Sequence record: MZ234008.1
Length of the DNA: 45,019 bases
DNA from: Escherichia phage vB_EcoS-22664B1
Reading direction: 5' to 3' (one strand)
A program made the position numbers and the translations under genes. The notes under the pieces were generated by a model that searched no databases, was not told the origin of the DNA, and saw only the letters and a list, made by a program, of their open reading frames with translations. This document shows positions 35,523 through 42,406 of this stretch, piece after piece. Position 1 is the stretch's first letter, and each line of letters begins with the position of its first letter.

Positions 35523-37814
35523 TTACTTCCTATACCGATACATGATGTCGCCTTCGGCGGCAAGTGGGAAACCTTTCGCCCATATAGGCAGGTCACACAT
35601 CAGCGCGCAAAGCTCCTCGGTCGTGTAATCGTCGGTGTCCGGCACTTCGGTGATCAATTCATCGTGCACTGACAGGACGATTTCATAGCCCGCAGCTTCA
35701 ACACCAGGCATGGACCATGCGAGAATATCGCGGCACAACGCCTGTACGATGTTCTCCGTAAGTTTGCCGCCGTAGGTGTACTGGAATCCCCACTGGCGCG
35801 TCGTCTGATTCTCGCCCTGGTATTTGATGCGGGTACTGGTGCGCTTCTTGCCGGTGTCTTCGTCAATCTCGGTAGTGACAGACAGCGCGATTCCGGGGTA
35901 GCTCATGATTCGCCCTGACGGCAACTCAACCTTCAGCCACCAGCCCGCGGCGTTCGGGTCGTCGCGTTCCTCGTCAAAGGTGGGGTCGTGCTTCGCCTTC
36001 GTGCGCACAATCTTGAGCGCTTTCTTGCCATCCGGGCGAACGTTCGCGCCAGCCCAGTATGCCTTACCTGGATTGCGTATCGCACATAACACCGCCTCCT
36101 CAAGCTCGGCCCAAAAGGCTACGGTCTTCGGGTGAGATTCACGCCACATACGTTTGATCGCGTCGCAGGTCAACCACACGTTTTTAGGCAGTATGTAAGT
36201 CGGGCGCTCGTCTTTCTTGCCGGGCTTCGGCGGGCGCTTCGCTTCGTTGATGCGGGCAAACTCATAACCGCGTTTAGCCGCCGCCCAAATATGATCGGGG
36301 AATGTTCCCTTCATGACGTCAGCCATTGCGTACAGGTCGAGGCCCAGGTTTTTAGCAAACTGCAAGAACGCCGCGACGCCGCCACCATAGCCCAGTCCCA
36401 ATTCACACGCCTTACCAATCTGGCGTAGGTCTTTGCGGTTGGCTTTGATGTAGTCCGGGTCAAGGCCAAACATCTTACCGGCAGTTTCACAATAGATATC
36501 GCGTCCGGCCTTAAACACCATAAGCGCGGTTTTCTCGCCAGCGATCCAGGCAAGGCCACGCCCTTCCACGTTGGAGTAGTCCGCTACAACAAACTTCTTG
36601 CCCTTAGCCGGGATAATGCACCCGCGAACGGTCGAGGCGGTTAGCTTCGATATGTCATACGCCCAGTGCGCGGTCCCGCGTAACAGGGAGTTGATGCCGT
36701 TGGTGAGCATGTGCGACCGTACCCAAAACGAGACGTCGCTCTCACCTTCGCGGCGCTTAATCTTCCCTTCGTGGTCATCACTGTACTCGCCACGTGCCAG
36801 GTTTTGAGGCTGAAAGCCTTTACCGGCCCAGCGTAGTGTGCGCTTTGCCCCACCATACTGAAGACAACCACGGCGGCGACCATCGGCAGAAAGACCATTG
36901 ACGAGCGGATTGTATTTAGTCGATGCCGTTGATGACGCGCCGAGGCGCATTTCAATAAGCACTTTGCCCTCGTCGGGGAAGTCTGGATCTTCCAGCAAAT
37001 CATTCAGCGTGGATTTCTGCGCGTTGTGAATGGTGAACGCCGGGGCAATATCACGCAGGATTGGCAGGAAGTCATTACCGGTCAGTTTACCGCCGAACAG
37101 TTCCCAGGCTTCTTCCTTCAATTCTTCTTTGTGCACCTGCACCGCCTTGATCGCGGCGTTCGCCAGGTCAACGTCCACATAGAAGCCACGGTCGTTAATC
37201 AACTGGTCGATACGCAGGATTTCATCTTCCTTCGGTGAGTTGCCCCAGTCCGGTATTCGCCAGTAGACTTCACGCATTGCGATAATATCCAGCGCGGCAT
37301 AGCGCAGGAATTTAGCCCATTCTTCAGGGTGAGTCTCGCGCGTGTAGCGGCGGATTTTGTAGGTCTTAGGGGTCGGCTTACAAAATCGCTTAATCAGCGC
37401 CTTGCCTGCCTTATCCTTCGCGTGCTCTGCGTCAACGCCCAGCACCTGGCATTGCATATCGAGGCCACCCGGCAGCGCGTGACGAAAGGCCATAATCATC
37501 GTATCTTCGATCTGGCTTACCGGCAGGTCGATGCCCCACTTTTCACGGATAACCAGGCGGTCAAACAGGAGGCCGTTAGCCATCACTATTTTTGCTTTCT
37601 TGCGGGTTACCTGGCGTAGCGCCTTGCGCAGTTCACGCGGCATCGTGGGGGATTCAGTGGCGTCCCATGTCTGCACGCGGCCCTCGTCGATGGCGTAGGT
37701 GCAAATCATAATCTCGGTGGATGGGTGTTCTGCATAGGCATACGCACCTGCTTTCTTCAGGTCCACCCCGCTATATGTCTCGGTGTCAAGAAACAGGCGT
37801 TCGAAGTCTTTCAT
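35523..37814 (-). CDS. DNA polymerase, family A (Pol I-like) with 3'-5' exonuclease domain
   Basis: Exo motif FLDTETYS; polymerase motif A VVADYSNVEGR, motif B K...LGLGYGGG, motif C LSVHDEL; 763 aa. Confidence 0.9.
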   Translation of the reverse strand: MKDFERLFLDTETYSGVDLKKAGAYAYAEHPSTEIMICTYAIDEGRVQTWDATESPTMPRELRKALRQVTRKKAKIVMANGLLFDRLVIREKWGIDLPVSQIEDTMIMAFRHALPGGLDMQCQVLGVDAEHAKDKAGKALIKRFCKPTPKTYKIRRYTRETHPEEWAKFLRYAALDIIAMREVYWRIPDWGNSPKEDEILRIDQLINDRGFYVDVDLANAAIKAVQVHKEELKEEAWELFGGKLTGNDFLPILRDIAPAFTIHNAQKSTLNDLLEDPDFPDEGKVLIEMRLGASSTASTKYNPLVNGLSADGRRRGCLQYGGAKRTLRWAGKGFQPQNLARGEYSDDHEGKIKRREGESDVSFWVRSHMLTNGINSLLRGTAHWAYDISKLTASTVRGCIIPAKGKKFVVADYSNVEGRGLAWIAGEKTALMVFKAGRDIYCETAGKMFGLDPDYIKANRKDLRQIGKACELGLGYGGGVAAFLQFAKNLGLDLYAMADVMKGTFPDHIWAAAKRGYEFARINEAKRPPKPGKKDERPTYILPKNVWLTCDAIKRMWRESHPKTVAFWAELEEAVLCAIRNPGKAYWAGANVRPDGKKALKIVRTKAKHDPTFDEERDDPNAAGWWLKVELPSGRIMSYPGIALSVTTEIDEDTGKKRTSTRIKYQGENQTTRQWGFQYTYGGKLTENIVQALCRDILAWSMPGVEAAGYEIVLSVHDELITEVPDTDDYTTEELCALMCDLPIWAKGFPLAAEGDIMYRYRK

Positions 37815-37981
37815 TGCTTTATCCTCACTACTGCGTCAGCGCTGCCGATCATGGAGAAGATACCATCCGACAAGGCAATCTCTTCGCCGTTGTTGCGAAT
37901 CTCGGCAACGGTAAAATACTCGCCCAGCAATTTGGACCATACACGCATTCCGACTTTTACTTCACTGGCTTTAATACGCAT
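37811..37981 (-). CDS. small hypothetical protein (56 aa), translationally coupled to DNA polymerase
   Basis: ATG with AGGA upstream; its TGA overlaps the polymerase ATG (ATGA). Not in ORF track (<60 aa). Confidence 0.35.
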   Translation of the reverse strand: MRIKASEVKVGMRVWSKLLGEYFTVAEIRNNGEEIALSDGIFSMIGSADAVVRIKQ

Positions 37982-37993
37982 TTTTCATTGTCC

Positions 37994-38020
37994 TAATAAA
38001 AAGCCCGCAATAAGCGGGCT
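37994..38020 (-). terminator. rho-independent terminator on - strand (agcccgc ... gcgggct + U-run)
   Basis: On - strand the hairpin is followed by TTTTATT; sits directly after the in-frame stop of the SSB tail frame (38040-38042). Confidence 0.55.
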
Positions 38021-38039
38021 TGAATAGTGGGCTTTGCCC

Positions 38040-38773
38040 TTAACGGCGGCGACGTTTACGTGGTGCTTCGTCTTCGTCGTCGTCGTCCTCGTCTTCGTCA
38101 TCACGACGTTTGGACTTCTTAGCCTTGCGCGGTGCTTCATCTTCGTCATCGTCATCACGACGTTTGGACTTCTTAGCCTTGCGCGGTGCTTCATCTTCGT
38201 CATCGCGTCGCCCAGGTCGTCATCGGAACAAGAAGACCCGCCGCCACCGAAGGAGTCACCATCGTCACGGAAGCGAAGACCCATCAAACCCGCACCTAGA
38301 CCTTTGCCGTTGGTGTTGTTCCACGCCCAAATATCCAGGGACACGTTGCAATAACAACCGGAATAGATTTCCTGGCCTTCGATCTCGTCGCCGTCGATAG
38401 TCAGACCCTGTTCGGTCTGCTTCTCGCCCAGTGACGTTTGGATGTTAGGCTGTTTGAACGATTTGGCGTTGATGTACAACATTCCTTCGAATTCTTCGGT
38501 TACTTCGTCGCGCTCGTCACCGTCGCGAACTGCGCATTCCTTAGAATCCTGGGCGTAGTGGCGGTCCATCCACTTATCGGCGTTCTTCTCGGATTTCAGC
38601 TTGTCGGTAAGCACTGCGCGCGCTGCCGCTTCCACTTTGTCCACCTGCGGATCTTCTTTATCAAGAAGAATCACGGCACGGTATGCCGGTTTTTGTCCAT
38701 CCTGTTTAGGGGTATCACGTTCCCAAATTTTCAGGAAGCATACGCGTACATTTTTCAGGTTGACTTTAGCCAT
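38040..38773 (-). CDS. ssDNA-binding-protein-like (T7 gp2.5 / DUF2815-like) with charged repeat tail; -1 frame discontinuity near 38200-38219
   Basis: Body (start MAKVNLKNVRV, GAGGA RBS-like) is in the ORF-track frame. The C-terminal tail (DDEDEAPRKAKKSKRR x2 then DDEDEDDDDEDEAPRKRRRR) is in another frame ending at TAA 38040-38042; its third module differs from the first two only by synonymous changes in that frame. Confidence 0.5.
38098..38205. repeat. perfect tandem duplication, 2 x 54 bp, inside SSB-like tail
   Basis: Unit tcatcacgacgtttggacttcttagccttgcgcggtgcttcatcttcgtcatcg repeated head-to-tail; a degenerate third copy lies at about 38044-38097. Confidence 0.9.
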
Positions 38774-38836
38774 TTTCATTTCCTCATTTCGCATGTATCG
38801 GGGTTATTGTGAGCCACCCCGTTCGGCTTGGTTGCT

Positions 38837-38865
38837 AATTTACTTGGTTGCGCCTAAGCGGTCAA
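38837..38865 (-). promoter_or_regulatory. putative sigma70-like promoter (-35 TTGACC, 17-nt spacer with GCAACCAAG, -10 TAAATT) upstream of SSB-like gene
   Basis: Read on - strand; a second GCAACCAAG copy lies just downstream of the -10. Confidence 0.4.
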
Positions 38866-39104
38866 GCACTTTTATTAAAAAGATTTCGTGTCACGTAGTT
38901 GGTGGCGTTCTCGATCCAGCTTAACGGCGGGCGGTCGATGTGCTTCTCAACCCAGTCGACGGCGACGTCGCTATATCCGTCGTCCAGCCAGCGGGATGGA
39001 TGGCGAATCATCCAGGCCAACATTAACACGCCTTGCACGCAATGCAGGATAAATCCCAGCGCGCCGAGCATAATCATCAATACGAATGCGAATACCTTAT
39101 TCAT
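38862..39104 (-). CDS. small membrane protein (80 aa)
   Basis: Hydrophobic N-terminus VFAFVLMIMLGALGFILHCVQGVLMLAWMI; overlaps end of upstream nuclease gene. Confidence 0.45.
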   Translation of the reverse strand: MNKVFAFVLMIMLGALGFILHCVQGVLMLAWMIRHPSRWLDDGYSDVAVDWVEKHIDRPPLSWIENATNYVTRNLFNKSA

Positions 39105-40527
39105 TGCTTAAGTCCTCGTCAGTAGCTTCAGACCACGCGGGGCGCGGGTCGTCGATTGGTGCCAATACCGGTTTAGCCGGTGCGCGCGTGATTTTATCAC
39201 ACAATTTAGCCCACACTTTCGGTTTCTCGTCCTTCAATACCTTCTCGGCATCGGTAGGACTGAGCAATGTTTCTTTGTACATTACATCGCGCTTGATCCG
39301 GGCCTTCGTGAAGATTTCAATCACTTCGCTCTCATCCGCCCACTTGCGATTACCTTCCTTACCGGCAACCATCTTGAGGCCCAGCGATTCGCCATCACCC
39401 GCCATCACCGCCTTGAATACTGCGGACTCGATAGCCTTGATGTGCTGACGCATTGCGTCGAGGCCTTCGTATGCATTACGCAGTTCCGCCGCGCTCATAG
39501 CGCCATTGGATTCTTCCTTATAGCCGCGCTTCGCACGTCGTGCCGCTTTCCGGGCTTCGCGGGCTGTATTGCGGTCGTGGTTGGCGCATTCTTCTTCTGT
39601 CGCCACGCTCACGTCGTCCGCCAGGTCGTCGTCTGTTGCCGTTGGTGGGGTCATCGTGTCGACGGCGGCCTTAGCGCGGGCACTACACTGATCCGCAAAT
39701 CGGCACCACTGACAGGCGTCAACGCTCGGTCGGAAGTCGGCACGGGTAAGTCCCTTCTTGCCTCGGGAATACGCGTCCAGTGCCGCGACCGCTCGCTTGG
39801 ACGCAAACTTAGCGAATATCTCCAGCGCTCCCACTGTAATATCCCACTCCGACGCCCCGCCGCAATACGGCTGGAAGATTACCAGGCGAACGGTCGTAAT
39901 GTCGTACATGGTTTGCAGCTTGCGCAGCAGGCCCAGCGCGTACAACATAAGCTGTTTGTTTTCTTTCGCCTCGACCTTATGTCGCCCGGTCTTCAGGTCG
40001 CCAACAATAAGCATGTACGTGCCGTCGGTCTTCTTCATGACCATGACCATATCGGCAGTTCCGAACGTCTTCACCTTGTTGCCGTCTATCTCGAAGCCAG
40101 GGTGCAAGATGCGGGTGAGATCGGCGCGCATTTCAAGCTGAACAAACTCCGCCACTTCAAGGAGCGGTCGCCAGTGGTCGATGTATGCATCGCACTGTTT
40201 CACCATATCGTCGTTGACCAGTACGCCGCCTTTCGGTGCTTTCGGGTGGGCCTTTACCGGTCCCTTACCTTCGTTCTCGACGTAGCACCCTTTGTACGTC
40301 TTCGCGGATAGCTTCTTCTCACCGGCAATGATGCGGTTTAACACGACCTCTGATACGGTGTGCATACTCGTACCGTTAATCGCAGCTTGCCCGGATTCGT
40401 TCGGGATACCTTTTTCGACTACCAGGGCGGCAGGACACCCCATCCATTTTTTAGATCCCGATGGTCCGAGTAATGAGTGTTCCGTATTGCTACCGGATTG
40501 CGTTTTGCGCTTCGGTTTAATAGCCAT
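39097..40527 (-). CDS. PD-(D/E)XK / Cas4-like exonuclease (DUF2800-like, RecB-family nuclease with Cys cluster)
   Basis: 476 aa; conserved-looking core with Cys cluster DACQWCRFADQC typical of Cas4/RecB-like nucleases; co-located with SSB-like gene and PolA. Confidence 0.55.
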   Translation of the reverse strand: MAIKPKRKTQSGSNTEHSLLGPSGSKKWMGCPAALVVEKGIPNESGQAAINGTSMHTVSEVVLNRIIAGEKKLSAKTYKGCYVENEGKGPVKAHPKAPKGGVLVNDDMVKQCDAYIDHWRPLLEVAEFVQLEMRADLTRILHPGFEIDGNKVKTFGTADMVMVMKKTDGTYMLIVGDLKTGRHKVEAKENKQLMLYALGLLRKLQTMYDITTVRLVIFQPYCGGASEWDITVGALEIFAKFASKRAVAALDAYSRGKKGLTRADFRPSVDACQWCRFADQCSARAKAAVDTMTPPTATDDDLADDVSVATEEECANHDRNTAREARKAARRAKRGYKEESNGAMSAAELRNAYEGLDAMRQHIKAIESAVFKAVMAGDGESLGLKMVAGKEGNRKWADESEVIEIFTKARIKRDVMYKETLLSPTDAEKVLKDEKPKVWAKLCDKITRAPAKPVLAPIDDPRPAWSEATDEDLSNE

Positions 40528-40715
40528 TATTCCACCCTTGAAAATTGAGCAATGTAATAATCGTGTTTAACATTGGCGCGCTTCGCGGCTTCGTTCATGG
40601 TTGATGCCAGTCCGCGGGCTTGCGTCCAGCAACAATTCCAGTTTTGATTCATAACAATTTCTGGTTGCTCGTCGCCGGTAATACGGCAGCGAAATAAAAC
40701 AAAGAATATAGTCAT
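40527..40715 (-). CDS. hypothetical protein (62 aa)
   Basis: Start MTIFFVLF overlapping upstream stop (TAATG); weak RBS. Confidence 0.35.
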   Translation of the reverse strand: MTIFFVLFRCRITGDEQPEIVMNQNWNCCWTQARGLASTMNEAAKRANVKHDYYIAQFSRVE

Positions 40716-40966
40716 TATTTTGTTTCCCAACGGTCAATTACTTTTTCTTCCGACGATACGGCAAAGCGAACATATTCCAGATTGGAGTCCGCCCAAATAT
40801 AGAAGTCGGGGTTAGTAAGTGTGGTGCGCTTAATTTGCGCGGGGTTATCGCGGCGTTTATCTATTACGGCAACGCGTGATTTAAAGTTGCCGATGCGTTC
40901 GAATAGCCAATAATAAGGGCGCTGGTTGCGTGAATCCACCGCCTCGATTAGCGTGAAGCGTGCCAT
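40715..40966 (-). CDS. hypothetical protein (83 aa)
   Basis: Start MARFTL with GAGGACGAGA RBS-like sequence; preceded by terminator hairpin. Confidence 0.5.
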   Translation of the reverse strand: MARFTLIEAVDSRNQRPYYWLFERIGNFKSRVAVIDKRRDNPAQIKRTTLTNPDFYIWADSNLEYVRFAVSSEEKVIDRWETK

Positions 40967-40980
40967 TGTCTCGTCCTCTA

Positions 40981-41006
40981 AAAATAGGCCCGCAGATTAG
41001 CGGGCC
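40981..41006 (-). terminator. rho-independent terminator on - strand (ggcccgc agatta gcgggcc + U-run)
   Basis: Perfect 7-bp stem; on - strand followed by TATTTTTAG. Confidence 0.5.
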
Positions 41007-41014
41007 GGATAATA

Positions 41015-41128
41015 TTAATCTTCACCGCCGAGTTGTCTATAAACCTCGTCCGGGTCGTCGCCTCTTTCTTCGCAGAAGGCGGTGAATGCCGCCCAATTTT
41101 CTGCTATGAAATCGAGCGTGATTCTCAT
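41015..41128 (-). CDS. small hypothetical ORF (37 aa)
   Basis: ATG..TAA ORF between charged-repeat gene and terminator; not in ORF track; weak. Confidence 0.25.
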   Translation of the reverse strand: MRITLDFIAENWAAFTAFCEERGDDPDEVYRQLGGED

Positions 41129-41144
41129 TTCATAGTCCATTATA

Positions 41145-41663
41145 TTAATCTTCTAATTCGAAATAAGTTTCGACGATTGCTTTTAATTCCTGGTGGAACT
41201 CTTCCACGTCGTCATCTTCCAGCTTGGCAACGGATTTAATTTCGAATTCTTCCAGCAGGTCGTCAAATTCGTCGTTTGCGTCGTCGTCATCACCGCCAGC
41301 AATAATAGCGGCATACTGCTTGATTTCGTCGCGCATCTCTTTCAGCGGATCGGCATCTTTCTTGCCTTTACCTTTCGCCGGTGCTTTCTTAGATTTCGCC
41401 GGGGCTTCTTCTTCGTCGTCCGCGTCGTCTTCTTCTACGGCTTCTTTCTTAGCCTTGCCCTTTGCTGGCGCTTTTTTTGTCTTAGCCGGTGCTTCGTCTT
41501 CAGCGTCGTCATCTTCGACTACTTCTTCTTTTGCCTTGCCCTTAGCCGGGGCTTTCTTCGCTTCCTGTTTACCAACGGCAGCGCCAGCAGTTTCATAATG
41601 CTTAGCGATGGTTTCCAGTGCTACTACGCCGCGTGTGATCAGGTTTACGATTTGCTCAAACAT
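41145..41663 (-). CDS. charged-repeat protein (172 aa; repeated DEAPAK-KKAPAKGKAKK modules), first gene of leftward early operon
   Basis: Start MFEQIVNLITRG with GGAGA RBS-like sequence; internal nucleotide repeats 41363-41550 encode alternating acidic/basic modules. Confidence 0.55.
   Translation of the reverse strand: MFEQIVNLITRGVVALETIAKHYETAGAAVGKQEAKKAPAKGKAKEEVVEDDDAEDEAPAKTKKAPAKGKAKKEAVEEDDADDEEEAPAKSKKAPAKGKGKKDADPLKEMRDEIKQYAAIIAGGDDDDANDEFDDLLEEFEIKSVAKLEDDDVEEFHQELKAIVETYFELED
41363..41550. repeat. imperfect tandem repeats (about 66-bp unit, about 2.5 copies) within charged-repeat gene
   Basis: Units containing cttagccggtgcttcgtcttc...gtcgtcatcttc recur; they encode the charged protein repeats. 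Confidence 0.7.
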
Positions 41664-41859
41664 TGTATATCTCCGATTGGTTAAGTTTAGGTGTCGGCAG
41701 TCAACTTCGTCGGTGGCCTTAACATAGTGCCAGGTTACGCGTTCTCCCTTTCGGGTAGTGGACCTGGTTATATAATCACGGTTGGGAATCCTGACACTTC
41801 GATCCGGCCCCTGCGTTGCCCCTCTCCAGTTTGCGTCCTGCATCCTGTCGACGGAGTGA

Positions 41860-41910
41860 ATAATAGATTGGTTGCAGGTGGGGTGTCAACAACTAATTTC
41901 AAAAAAAAAA
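41860..41910 (-). promoter_or_regulatory. putative strong early promoter for leftward operon (-10 TATTAT, 18-nt spacer with TGCAACCAA, -35 TTGACA, upstream A/T tract as UP-like element)
   Basis: On - strand: T10 tract (plus 41901-41910), TTGACA (41889-41884), spacer, TATTAT (41865-41860). Confidence 0.5.
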
Positions 41911-42006
41911 GCGCCGAGGCAAAATGCGACGGCGCTAACCAATAAGAGACAATGAGACGTGATTATTATTACACGCGTGCGCGCCCGTTTCAATATACAA
42001 AAGGAG

Positions 42007-42035
42007 TTGACACCCTGCAATTTTAGGTGTAGTTT
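42007..42035 (+). promoter_or_regulatory. putative sigma70-like promoter (-35 TTGACA, 17-nt spacer, -10 TAGTTT) for HTH regulator and primase-helicase
   Basis: Consensus -35 with 17-nt spacing, divergent from the leftward promoter. Confidence 0.5.
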
Positions 42036-42066
42036 CGTTGGTCATTAACCAATAGGAGACAGAACA

Positions 42067-42396
42067 ATGCATATCAACGACGCAATCGAAATGTTAACTA
42101 AGACCGTTAGTTGTGAGACAAGCCGGTCCTGGGCTTATACCGATGCCGTTGGTGCGGCGTTATTTGAAATCGAACGCCTGCGCAGTGTCGAAAAAGAATT
42201 GCGCGCCAAGCTGGAATTACTCAACGGTACGGCAGCAAGCAAGCTGCAAAAACACAATGAAGAAATGGAAGAATACAAAAAGCAGGTTATCCGTTTACGC
42301 GACGAGGGCAAGTCCTGGGCGATGATTGCCGAGTTGACCGGAATTAATCAGAGCACCGTGCGCTCCTGGGTACGCAATAATAAAACTTCTAAGTAA
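42067..42396 (+). CDS. HTH DNA-binding protein (putative transcriptional regulator)
   Basis: C-terminal helix-turn-helix-like segment SWAMIAELTGINQSTVRSWVRN; coiled-coil-like middle; AGGAGA RBS-like sequence. Confidence 0.55.
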   Translation: MHINDAIEMLTKTVSCETSRSWAYTDAVGAALFEIERLRSVEKELRAKLELLNGTAASKLQKHNEEMEEYKKQVIRLRDEGKSWAMIAELTGINQSTVRSWVRNNKTSK

Positions 42397-42406
42397 GGCA
42401 ACGGCA

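Noticed and set aside
37985-38039. ORF-track C-terminus of the 37985..38794 ORF (...KGKAHYSSPLIAGFLLGQ)
   Set aside because: This frame reads through a terminator hairpin and shows non-synonymous differences between repeat copies; the alternative frame ending at 38040 shows synonymous-only differences and stops just before the terminator.
38034-38400. Plus-strand ORFs 38034..38354 and 38110..38400 (Arg/Ser-rich)
   Set aside because: Antisense to the SSB-like charged tail and its tandem duplication; composition is an artefact of the GA/TC-rich repeat.
41193-41684. Plus-strand ORFs 41193..41684 and 41224..41598 (Ser/Phe-rich)
   Set aside because: Antisense to the charged-repeat gene 41145..41663; low-complexity product of the repeat DNA, no RBS.
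41901-41935. A10 tract plus GC hairpin as a - strand rho-independent terminator
   Set aside because: There is no upstream - strand gene to terminate and the stem is only 6 bp with a 13-nt loop; the A/T tract is better explained as an UP-like element of the adjacent leftward promoter.
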